Shown here in pieces: positions 52,345 through 64,000 of a DNA stretch of 64,000 nt. Source of the stretch: Octopus sinensis (lineage: Eukaryota). Both the position numbers and the translations under genes were made by a program. Each line of letters opens with the position of its first letter. Position 1 is the stretch's first letter. Location of the stretch: assembly GCF_006345805.1 (NCBI RefSeq), contig NC_043003.1, forward strand, positions 102,796,001-102,860,000, given 5' to 3'. Below the pieces are notes generated by a model. It worked only from the letters and a program-made list of their open reading frames with translations, did not search any database and was not told where the DNA came from.

Positions 52345-52745
52345 TCTAGAAGCGCTGTGTGTTCCGTGTGGTAAGTAGCTTGCTAACCAACCACATGGTT
52401 CCGGGTTCAGTTCCACTGCGTGGCATCTTGGGCAATTGTCTTCTGCTATAGCTCCGGGCCGACCAATGCCTTGTGAGTGGATTTAGTAGACGGAAACTGA
52501 AAGAAGCCTGTCGTATATATGTATATATATATGTGTGTGTGTGTGTTTGTGTGTCTGTGTTTGTCCCCCTAGCATTGCTTGACAACCGATGCTGGAGTGT
52601 TTACGTCCCCGTCACTTAGCGGCTCAGCAAAAGAGACCGATAGAATAAGTACTGGGCTTACAAAGAATAAGTCCTGGGGTCGATTTGCTCGACTAAAGGC
52701 GGTGCTCCAGCATGGCCGCAGTCAAATGACTGAAACAAGTAAAAG
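52345..52745 (+). mobile_element. Full-length S2 SINE
   Basis: Head, CORE-like block and 3' part well preserved. Confidence 0.85.
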
Positions 52746-53440
52746 AAAAAAAAATGCACTCTACCACAACAAACCAAACTACAACTCTACATTTCTTCTC
52801 TTCCTCACATTTCCACTTCATGCACTCAGCTTACCCCACTCCCCTATTCTGTCCTCTTAGCCCTGTGCCACTGTATCATTGCTCTCCACTAGCTTCCGAC
52901 CTGTGCGTTCCACCCATGCCCTGCCTCAATGTATCACTGCTATCCGCTAGCCCCCAAACTATGTGTTCCACTTGCATGTAACAAGAAAACTTTTCATACC
53001 CTACTCTAACAAACCGATCTACATCTCTACACCTCTTCTCTTCCTCACATTTCCTCCTTCATACACTATGCCTAGCTCTCACTCCCCAATCCTGTTCCCA
53101 CAGCCCTGTTCCTCTGAATCATTGCTATCTGGTAGCCCCCACCTCCGACTCTATGTATTCCCAGGTTTGCACTCTTTAATCACGCTTCCTTTGCAATATC
53201 ATATCCTGCCACTTATATTATAGAGTTCGAACCTCAAGGGTATGCCCTGGCACTTGCCACCATCTTTATCTCTCTATTCCTTTACTCAACCATCCCATTT
53301 ATATTCTGATCCCTGTCTCTTGTGAGTATCCCCAGCACTTTTCAACCATCTCTATCCCGCTGGCTTCCACTCTCTCTCTCTCTTTCTTCTGCACTTCCTT
53401 CAGGTTAGGTAACCATGTATTTCCTTTGCGATAGTGCACC

Positions 53441-53518
<78 letters not shown>

Positions 53519-53689
53519 CCACCCCGGCCAGGTAACCTTGTACCTTCTCTACAACAAAACACCTGATTCTGTCTCTCTGCCTCACTCTAACCTTTCATCA
53601 TCTGACAAAAGATCAACTCCTTTAATGCCCCCTCCACTTTCAAAAGAGTTTTTATTATTATTTTTTTTTGTCTTGCAAGTAACTGGTGA

Positions 53690-54200
53690 TCCTGTCAGTG
53701 CCACTTAAAAGTACCCAGTCCACACTGTAAAGTGGCTGGCATTTGGAAAGGCATCCAGCTGCAAAGACCTTGCCAAAACTGACTCGCTTGTCCACTAAGT
53801 CCACTCTGTTGAGTGGTTAGTGTCAGGAAGGATATCCAGCTGTAAAAATCCTGCCATAGCAGTTATATAAGTCTCATGCATGCTTTTGCCTGGCCAGCTC
53901 CTGTCTAACTGTCCCAGCATGGAAGGTGGACGTTAAACGATGATGACGATGAGTAGGAGGAGGATGGAGATGTATGTATATATGTATATATGTGCCACAT
54001 AAAAAGCACAGGTGCTGGTGCCACATAGAAAGCACCCTGTACACTCTGTAAAGTGGTTGGTGCAAGGAAGAGTATCAAGCCATAGAAAATATGCCAAAGC
54101 AGACACTGGAGCCAGGTGCAGTTCCCAGCTTTACCGGCGCCTGTCAACATGTCCAACCCATGCCAGTATGAAAAACAAACACTGAATGACGATGTTCATG
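53690..54200 (+). mobile_element. Cluster of three degenerate RTE/SINE 3' tail fragments
   Basis: Repeated (GAG/AAG)TGG(T/C)TGG...GGAAGG..ATCCAGCTG motif with (GAT)n tails. Confidence 0.6.
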
Positions 54201-54807
54201 ATGTTGGTGATGATGATGATATTGCCCAAGGTAATAGTAGAAGACACTTTCCCAATGTGTTGCACAATGGACATGAACCTCAAACCATATGGTAGGGCAG
54301 TAAGCTGCTTTACCGCCAAAGCCGTGCTCACACTATTTTAGCATGTGAATATATTCTTTTGCCTCATGTCTATTCTAACATGTTGTATAGGACTATAAAC
54401 AAAACGCTAGATCTTAATTAAAAGAAGGCATTCCCTTCTTAATGTTTTTACAAATGCAAATGTAAAATTTCATGGCATTTCTCTTGATTACATATTGCTA
54501 CCTGTCCTTGATATTAATATTATGATTGCAAAACACAGAACTTTCTACCCATATATAGTCCCATATCCAATGTGTGTATATATATATATATACACAAAAA
54601 CATGTGTATGTACAAAAATAACATGCACATGTATGAATTTACGCATATATACATATCTATATATGTGTATGTGTGTGTATGTATATAGACATTCATATAC
54701 ATATATACATAGATATACATACATTATATATGCATGTAATACATACATATATAAATAAATATATATGTACACATATATACATAAACACACACACACACAC
54801 ACACACA

Positions 54808-54851
<44 letters not shown>

Positions 54852-55351
54852 CATATACACACACATGCACTTACATACAGATTTGTATATATATATACAA
54901 ACTACATACTGATATACATATTTCTTTCATAATTATATATATATTTTCATTTTTAAAAATTCGTACATCTATCTCAATATTTGAGGTTAACATATATGGT
55001 TGAGAGATTCTTATGCAATGGAGTAAAATCTTTTTATGTAAGAAACAGAAATAGGTAAAACAGAATACATTTGATGTGCATGGGAACTTCATGGACATCA
55101 CATATTCCAATCTAAATCGGAATGAGTACTGATTTTAAAAAAAGCAGATAAAAACAGAAAGTATCTCTACAATATTCTTAACAAATACAATATGCATTAA
55201 TAGATCTATTCACCATGAGAATTGTGGTGTGCTGCAGAAACGCATACATGCATACACCAAACACACCCATACACATGTGCGTGTGTGTGCGTGAGTGAGT
55301 ATATATATATATATATATAATATTATAAACTATATATATATATTATATTAT

Positions 55352-57458
55352 ATATTGTTATATTTCGGAATGGTCATTTTGCCAGTTTAGCCAATAAAAA
55401 CACACGCACTATATATTTGGTGTTATTTTGCTTCAGTGATATTTATTTTTTACATTAATCTTAATCTTATTTCGGCCAAAGTTCTTTCGTCACACTCCTG
55501 TGACCGCATCAGTGGTCCTTTGTTTTCTTCTCACTTACTTGTGTCTCTCCTTACTAACCGACAGCCATTTTGTATTTCTATTGTATGTCTTCATTTGCGC
55601 ATGCTTATATCTCTATGTGCGTCTATGTTTATTTAGTGTGTGTGGGGGGGGGGGATGCCTGTAATATTTGTATCTTCTGGTTATATACATTCTTGTAATT
55701 TGTATTTTGTTTTTGTTGTTGTTGCTTTTGTTCTAATTTTGTTCATGTGTTTACATCCACCCATTATTATCATTACATATGCTTGTATGTATGTATAACA
55801 ACAATATTAGTAATAATAATAATAATAAATCTAATCGAAAAAAAATAAAAAATAAAAAAATATATATATATATATATATATACATATATACACACATATA
55901 TACACACATACATACATATATATATATATACACATATACATATATATAGTTATTCATTTATATTTCTTTAATTATCTGTGTATTTATTATGTTTGCAGGA
56001 TCCACTATCGTCATATGTTGTGGTGTGTGCTATTGCTCCATTCTAGTTTTCTATTCAGGCTAGGTTTATTTTCTATTATATGTGTAGCTTCTGTAATTTG
56101 TCTAATTGTTGCATCTGTTCTATGTGTGGACAATATCTTAATCTCTATGTTATTGATTGATCCCCCGTGTTCTTGTTCGGCGTGTTGGTACAGAATCGAT
56201 GAGCTTTTACCTTCCTTGAGTAAAATAGGGAAGGCCAACTCTTGGTATGATAGCCATAAATACCAGAGTGTCATGTTCGTTGACACCACCCCTGGAGGTG
56301 AACTGGCGTACCGCTTTAGAAGGACCCTAGATAAACTTAAACTAAGAATTAAGGTTGTTGAAAAGCCAGGCAACCCTATCAGATCTATAATTGGTAGAAC
56401 CTATCCTTTTAGTAGAACTCTCTGTACGGATAACTATTGCACTGTATGTAGATTTAGCCCACAAACAAACTGTAAAGCCAGAAATGTGGTCTATAGTATA
56501 AGATGTATAGAGGGTCGATGCAGTAACAAACAGTACATACGTAGGGGAAACAGCAAGAAGCATTGGAGAGCGGGTGAATGAACATTGGAGACAACTCAAG
56601 GAAGGTAAAAGCTCATCGATTCTGTACCAACACGCCGAACAAGAACACGGGGGATCAATCAATAACATAGAGATTAAGATAGTGTCCACACATAGAACAG
56701 ATGCAACAATTAGACAAATTACAGAAGCTACACATATAATAGAAAATAAACCTAGCCTGAATAGAAAACTAGAATGGAGCAATAGCACACACCACAACAT
56801 ATGACGATAGTGGATCCTGCAAACATAATAAATACACAGATATTAAAGAAATATAAAGAATAACTATATATATGTATATGTGTAATATATATATATATGT
56901 ATGTATGTGTGTATATATGTGTGTATATATGTATATATATATATATATATAATTTTTTTATTTTTTATTTTTTTTCGATTAGATTTATTATTATTATTAT
57001 TACTAATATTGTTGTTATACATACATACAAGCATATGTAATGATAATAATGGGTGGATGTAAACACATGAACAAAATTAGAACAAAAGCAACAACAACAA
57101 AAACAAAATACAAATTACAAGAATGTATATAACCAGAAGATACAAATATTACAGGCATCCCCCCCCCACACACACTAAATAAACATAGACGCACACAAGA
57201 GATATAAGCATGCGCAAATGAAGACATACAATAGAAATACAAAATGGCTGTCGGTTAGTAAGGAGAGACACAAGTAAGTGAGAAGAAAACAAAGGACCAC
57301 TGATGCGGTCACAGGAGTGTGACGAAGAACTTTGCCGAAATAAGATTAAGATTAATGTAAAAAATAAATATCACTGAAGCAAAATAACACCAAATATATA
57401 GTGCGTGTGTTTTTATTGGCTAAACTGGCAATATGACCATTCCGAAATATAACAATAT
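55352..57458 (+). mobile_element. 5'-truncated Penelope-like element with GIY-YIG endonuclease remnant and ~870-bp inverted copy of its 3' end
   Basis: CKARNVVYSIRC...YVGETARSIGERVNEH...IENKPSLNRKLEW. 55352-56221 is approximately the reverse complement of 56594-57458. Confidence 0.9.
55474..55518 (-). ncRNA. Hammerhead-like motif, minimal type I (family A); mirrored at 57294-57336 on plus
   Basis: GGACCA CUGAUGC G GUCACA GGAG UGUGAC GAAA GAAC UU UGGCC. Confidence 0.55.
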
Positions 57459-57512
57459 CTGTTTCAACACACGACTTCACATAAAAAATCTTGCACAACA
57501 AATATTTAAACG

Positions 57513-57549
<37 letters not shown>

Positions 57550-57571
57550 GGAGAGAGAGAGAGAGCGAGAG

Positions 57572-58481
57572 AGTCTTCCTACAGATAATGCGTTTTTTTA
57601 TACTTTTATTCTTCAAAATTAAGATAAACAGAGTTCCTTTTTAATCTAAAATATACTCTCCTTCATTTTCTACAATGCTCTTCCATCTATCTGGTAGACT
57701 TGCAAGGCCCCTCTTCCAAAATTCATTTGTCTGTGATGAAAAATACTCCTCCAGTACTGTTCTGACCTATTCTACAGAATTCATAGTTTCTTCTTCCAAA
57801 TGATTTTAAAGACTGCGAAATAAATGATAATCAGATGAGGCAATGTCCAGTGAATATAGTGGGTGGGGCATCATTTCCCATTCAAACTGCTCAGCCTTTG
57901 GAATGTCATCCTAGCTGTATGTGGCTGAGCATTAACCCGATGGATGAAAGTCTTTTGTCTTGAAACCAAAGATAGTCGTTTTTCTTCTAGTGCTGATAAT
58001 GATGAATACTTGAATTACAAAATCCATTCTTCTCTGCTAGTTCCTCAACAGTTATGATGGGATTTCGTTCCACCAAGTTTTGCAGGACGTCCTCATCAAG
58101 CTCTACAGATCTTCCAGGACAAGGTTCGTTTTCTAGCCTGTAGTTTCAAGCTTGGAATTTCTGGAACCACCGTTGACACAGGCTATCAATTATACCATAT
58201 ACTGCATTAATATTCCTCTCAGTTTCCGTTGTATTGTTGCCTTTCTTGACCACATACAGTAAAATATGCCAAATATGCTCCTTTGTCACTTCCATTATAG
58301 ATTTGAAAAAAAAAAAAAACTTAAAATCGAACTGCACGCTTCAAAACTTCAACTAAGAAAAAGAACGAAGTAAAATTACTACCTGCTTTTATAGCAAGTT
58401 GATGCGGGTAGTTTATGCCCTCCACCTCTGACTTTTAGTTCATGCACTTGCATAAACCGTAATATTTATGGGATGACCCAA
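57572..58481 (-). mobile_element. Internally deleted mariner, same family as 32575-33537
   Basis: TA|TTGGGTCATCCCATAA TIR; MEVTKEHIWHILLY, SSDYHLFRSL, DRWKSIVENEGEYILD*. Confidence 0.85.
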
Positions 58482-58538
58482 TATATATATATATATATAT
58501 ATTCATACATATATATGTATATATATGTATGTATGTAT

Positions 58539-58570
<32 letters not shown>

Positions 58571-58580
58571 ACACATACAC

Positions 58581-59476
58581 ATACTACATATGGGGGAAAT
58601 TCTGTCTGTGGGTGTGTTTGCGGAGTTAGAGTTATTAGCTAACTCCTCCTGCATTGTTTTATCGATTTTTATGAAACTTGACATGTGATTAGAACTCATG
58701 TCTGGAAACCTCGTGGCAAAACCAGATTGTTGAAAAAATCGATAATAGGGCCCCGGAAGGGGTCTTTATATATATTTAATATATATTCTTTTAACAGACA
58801 AGGGTAATAATCCATTCGCCCCTGGAAGGGATCCTTACATATAGTTAAGGGAAATAATCCATTCATTTTCATAAATTATTTGGTATAACTCAAATTGAGT
58901 ATGCTTATTTTTTAGTATTCGAACTCTTAGTGTTATTTTCGTCATTTACCCAGTACAACTCTTAAACAAGTAATTAGTATTTTCCTAAACAATAGATCCA
59001 CTTATTTCGGTTAGTGACTTATTGATGAATATCACAACACTAGCGCCGCTGAGGATAATATTCTCTGGGAATGCACAAAGCCTTTTTCATGGTTATTTAC
59101 TTTGAATTATTATTATCTCATATCTGATTAGCCTGTTATTACGTAACATGCTTCACGATTTTAGTATGCATACCTTATTAGAATTTCCTCCTAAGTTCTA
59201 TATACTCTGGAAACCTATTAAAGCCCTTTTCATGGCTACTTTATTTGAATTCTTACTATCGGGTAACTAATTTAATGTTATTACATAACTGACCTCACAA
59301 TTTGGGTATTCATAACTTATTGGGAATTTCTAAAGACAAGATTCTGTGTAAAACAGTTCGATATTCTTCGTAAATGCACAAAAACTGTTTTAAGCGCAAC
59401 ATACTTTGTACTGTTGTTATTGCATTAGCGAAAGAATTATGAGAACGGAACCGGGAATTACCGGGTACGTCAGCTA

Positions 59477-59477
<1 letters not shown>
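58581..59477 (+). mobile_element. Helitron-like non-autonomous element
   Basis: Ends with hairpin ACCGGGAATTACCGGGT, then CTAG|T; the 5' boundary is approximate. Confidence 0.45.
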
Positions 59478-59504
<27 letters not shown>

Positions 59505-59510
<6 letters not shown>

Positions 59511-59725
59511 GGAGATGTACTTGCATAGAAAGTGATCTGATCTGAGATCGTGTGCTGGAACGAAAACAATTGCAGCGTGGAAGGTGTTTATAGGCCATTT
59601 AAGAAACACACAAAAACCGTTAGATTCACTTCAACATTTAAATTTAATTTGTCAAAATATTTTCGGTCGCTTTGAGACCGCGACCTGTTCATTCACTGCC
59701 AAAATTCTGTGCCGCATCTCTGTTG
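59505..59725 (-). mobile_element. PLE-like family B copy with hammerhead-like motif at 59648-59703
   Basis: GGCA GUGAA UGAACA GGUCGC GGUCUCAAA GCGACC GAAA AUAU UU UGAC. Confidence 0.6.
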
Positions 59726-59801
<76 letters not shown>

Positions 59802-59802
59802 T

Positions 59803-59990
59803 ACTAGAGTAGGTACATAAATGTGAAAGAAGGTGGAAAAAATAGTACTCGAATACCAGAGGTAGAGTTATATGCCTTATTAAAAAGCAGCAAAAATACC
59901 ACAAAAACTGTTACTCAGAGTTTCCTGTTCATCGGACAGTTTTGTTAAGATTCTTAAAAAACGGGAACATGAAACTCTGAGTAACAATTT
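59803..59990 (-). mobile_element. PLE-like family E end with inverted partial copy; hammerhead-like motif at 59904-59943
   Basis: AAAACUGU CCGAUGA ACAG GAAA CUCUGAG UA ACAGUUUU; the inverted partial copy at 59961-59990 supplies ACGGGAACAU GAAA. Confidence 0.5.
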
Positions 59991-60014
59991 TTGTGATATT
60001 TTTGATAAAGTATA

Positions 60015-60090
<76 letters not shown>

Positions 60091-60113
60091 ATGTGTGTGT
60101 GTGTGTGTGTAGG

Positions 60114-60157
<44 letters not shown>

Positions 60158-60199
60158 TAGAGAGAGAGAGAGAGAGATACATGCATACGTATATATATA

Positions 60200-60229
<30 letters not shown>

Positions 60230-60237
<8 letters not shown>

Positions 60238-60890
60238 AAATGGGACAAGAACGCAAAACATCCAGATAGACGATATAAAAACACCTTTAATCTTCAGTCA
60301 AGAACCGGATCATGCTCGCAATTTCGGCTGATTCATCTTAAGATTACTCCAATCTGACCAGCCCCAAGGAAAATCTAAGCTAAGAACATTAGATTCCTTG
60401 GAAAAAGGATCGAATGTACACGAAACAAGGACGGAAAAACAGACGATGTTACACGAATATAAATACAAAAATAATACAAAAAAGCAATAATAATAATAAT
60501 AACAGGACATAACAACAGGCGTCTTTCGACTGGAGACGAATTGAATTCAGCTGGCGTGTTGGGAATTAAGCCTTACGGCAGAGGAAAAAGGTCGATGTGA
60601 ACGTGACCGTGGTCCGACGCAAAAAGGCTAGCAGTCGGCCAATGGTCATGTTCCAGCCTTTAGACCTTCACTTCATACACGCCAGCTCAATTTGATTCGT
60701 TCTCAGTCGAAAGATACCCATTGTTATTTCTTGTTGTTTTTATTCGTAATTGTGTACCATGTTCTCCGTTTCTTGTTTGTTTGTTTGTTTTTTTGTCTTT
60801 GTTGCCGTACACATTCGCTAGCCTTCTTACAAAGGGGTTTAATGCTCTTAGCTTAGACTTTTTGTGGGGCAACCAGATCGAGCCATCTCA
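60230..60890. mobile_element. Interspersed repeat (related to 17370-17490) present as two diverged inverted copies
   Basis: 60340-60575 versus the reverse complement of 60675-60890 (TCTAAGCTAAGA, TCTTTCGACTG, GCTGGCGTGT). Confidence 0.55.
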
Positions 60891-61263
60891 AGTGTAACTG
60901 CCCAAAATGGTCGTGACTTCTGATCCTTGACTAAGGAAAGAAAGCCACTAATGACCCGTCATTTTTTTGCCTGCCCATCTAATTGTTGTTTCTCTTGTCC
61001 ACCTTTGTATCATCTATTTGTCCGAGTGTTCTCGAATCCACAAGTGTAAGCAAGAGTGACAGAAGCAGGCAGAAACAAGGAAATTGCCACTTGTATTTGA
61101 ATACTATGCAAATATTCTTTTTAAAAACTTTTCTTTTAATTTTTCCAAAATTTAATTGTATTCCATACTTACAATTGAAAACGTCTCAATGACTGAAACC
61201 GGTACTGAAATGCTTTTTATAAAATCATTTTAGCATTTTCTACCTTGACTTTTTTTCCATATA

Positions 61264-61689
61264 TATCTATATATATAAAACTCAACTTGTGTGTCTGTGC
61301 GTGTATCTGTGTGTGTCTGTGTGTTTAACTTCCCAGCACATCTCCTCCTAGCCAACAAATCGTAGAACGACCAAAAATGGGTCACTTAAAGTTTAGGCGA
61401 ATGAAAATTGAACTGCGCTATTTCTGTTCCGAAATTCATCTCGCAAGTGCAAAAATCGATAATGTGTTTGTTTAGGCCTTATCCCATGCATTGAATAGTT
61501 ACCTTTACCCAGTCAGCTGTTTGACGTGAACTGTGTTCACCACGCGTGCAAGCATGCATAAATTGCATGAAAAATAAAAAATCAAGATATAAAAACGAAT
61601 CGCCGTAAACATTGTAGAAATTCGGCAAAGAAATTAATTTCGGGATGTAGCCTGGAGGGTTTTTTCGTATTAATATATATATCTATATA

Positions 61690-61778
<89 letters not shown>

Positions 61779-62001
61779 TAATTAAGGCTAAAGAGGGTTA
61801 TTCTAAAGCCAATACACTGATATCAGTGTATTGGCTTTAGAATAACCCTCTTTAGCCCTTAATTATATGATGTTTATACTTCAACCGTAACGGTTTTTTT
61901 AAATATACTGCCCACGCTTCCTGATGGATTCCTTTTCTGTAGAGAAAGGGACTTCATCCTATATTGCTAGTAGTATATATATATATATATATATAATATA
62001 G

Positions 62002-62054
<53 letters not shown>

Positions 62055-62115
62055 TCATATATATGTATGTATATATATATTATATATTAAATATATATAT
62101 ATATATATATATATA

Positions 62116-62163
<48 letters not shown>

Positions 62164-62165
62164 TA

Positions 62166-62231
<66 letters not shown>

Positions 62232-62499
62232 TATGATATAGAAGGAGGTTAACTCTTCCTTCTGTAGAAGAAAAAATTCAAATCGGACCATGTTAACACC
62301 AAAAATTATTTATATAAAAAAGGTGCCTTTTTTCTATGAAAATCCCTATTTTTTACGATGTTTTGACTGCTGTGTCGCCATTTATTCGGTGTATTTCACT
62401 TAAAGAGAATAACAAGCTACATACTGCCAAATTTTTACTTTTCAAAATTCCAATTCTAAAGGGTTCTAAACAAATCGCAACGCCGGGTGATACTGCTAG
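61264..62499 (+). mobile_element. Helitron-like 5' start and 3' end(s), interrupted by (TA)n and a palindrome
   Basis: 5' TCTATATATATAAAA; 3' GCAACGCCGGGTGATACTGCTAG|T at 62477-62500. May be more than one element. Confidence 0.45.
61772..61872. repeat. 101-bp spacer-less palindrome
   Basis: Centre CTGAT|ATCAG at 61821/61822; one extra C in the right arm. Confidence 0.95.
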
Positions 62500-62502
62500 T
62501 AC

Positions 62503-62594
<92 letters not shown>

Positions 62595-62840
62595 GCTCAT
62601 AGAGAAGACAAGACATATTGTGTTCATAACAATCCCTCTTTTCATAATGATCTCCCTCTCCCTCTCTCTCTCTCTCTTCGCCCCCACTTTCTAGGCTTCA
62701 CTCTCAGCTTCAATTCTAGTCATATATGTTCCGTATACTCAAACAACTTTCATTCAATTAACAAACGCATTGACACAAACATACCTGTGCATGTACTCAC
62801 ATGTACTAATCCTGATTCAGGGATACATAGAAGCACACAC

Positions 62841-62877
<37 letters not shown>

Positions 62878-63104
62878 ACTCACACACAAAACATTTGATA
62901 AAACAGTGTCTAAGCTGATGTCCATTGAGTTAGTGGTGCAAATGAAAAACAAGTACCAGGCTAGAAATAAAGTAACAGTTGTATCGATGGGATCCGCTAC
63001 AACCACTTATTGTGATGTGTCAGCATAGTCATAGCCCAGAAACTGCAAAAGGTAAAAGAATGCAGTAAATCAGTCGAACCCATTAAGTGTTAAGGTGATG
63101 TTGT

Positions 63105-63497
63105 TTCTGGTTGTTGTTTCTGTTGCTGTTGAGCGAACGGTCTTCGTCCCAGAGCTCGCAAGACGGGAGAAGTCCAAAACGTGGTCCTTTGCTATTCGTA
63201 AGACCCGCAGAAGAGAAAGCAGGTCAACCCCGACACCGAAAACATCGACGGGTGGCTGTATGCGCATCCAGGCTCAGCGGTTGCGTAGGAAGTCGGGGAC
63301 AAGAAATAGGAAGAAAGAGTGAGAGAAATTTGGGGTGAAAGAGCACAACAGGGGTCGCCACCACCACCTACCGGAGTCACGTGGAGCTTTTTAGGTGTTT
63401 TCGCTCAATAAACACACGCAACGCCCAGTCTGGGAATCGAAATCATGACCCTCCGACTGCGAGTCCGCTGCCCTAACCACTGGGCCATTGCGCCTCC
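63105..63497 (-). mobile_element. tRNA-derived SINE, family S5, with (AAC)-rich tail
   Basis: GGAGGCGCAATGGCCCAGTGGTTAG (A box) and TTTCGATTCCC (B-box-like). Confidence 0.75.
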
Positions 63498-63649
63498 ACT
63501 GCTGTTGCTGCTGCTGCTGCTGCTGTCGCTGCTGCTGCTGCTGCTGCTAATGATGGTGATGATGATGATGATGATGATGATGATGACGACGACGACGACG
63601 ACGACGATCATGATCTTGATGATGAATATATAATAATTGTTTCAAATTT

Positions 63650-63790
63650 TGACATGAGCCTTGCAATTTTGGGGAGGTTGGGTACTAGTCAATTACATCA
63701 ACCCCCAATTTTTGAGTGGTACTTACTTGATCGACACTGAAAGGACAAAACACAAAGGTGACCTCAGCAGAATTCAAACACAGAATGTCT
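63650..63790 (-). mobile_element. Degenerate S1 SINE
   Basis: AGTGGTACTTACTTGATCGACACTGAAAGGACAAAA. Confidence 0.55.
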
Positions 63791-64000
63791 GTCTATGACA
63801 AGGGAAGTGTTTGTTTTTGGTGCTAGATTGCCAGTTGTACATGTGACACCAATATATGATAAAGTATAGAGTTGATAACTACCATGTGGGCAGACAAATA
63901 CACATCTACATGTTACAACAATACATGATATAGTACAATGTTGACAACCACTATGTTTGCAGTGAAATTTGTATGTTAATTACTGTTGTATTTGGATGAC

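Overview
AT-rich, microsatellite-saturated eukaryotic DNA whose SINE families resemble those of cephalopods (probably Octopus; inference). No confidently identifiable host protein-coding gene, rRNA, true tRNA or CRISPR array. Almost all long ORFs in the supplied track are microsatellite artefacts. The window is a patchwork of decayed mobile elements: four mariner copies, pogo/Tigger-, Tc1- and 8-bp-TSD MITEs, Helitron-like ends, a Tx1-like LINE, RTE and CR1/L2 LINE pieces, a Ty3/Gypsy gag-pol fragment, dozens of tRNA-derived SINEs and several Penelope-like element (PLE) ends. The most notable signals are: (1) five unrelated repeat families carrying minimal type I hammerhead-ribozyme-like folds with (near-)palindromic stem III, including one whose core shows a compensatory G3:C8 swap; (2) a 5'-inverted RTE insertion with a 7-bp TSD (twin-priming signature); (3) many local fold-back duplications; (4) an alternating 61-bp higher-order repeat in an RTE 3' UTR; (5) a few splice-site-bounded candidate exons. 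All calls were made by eye; many element boundaries are approximate.
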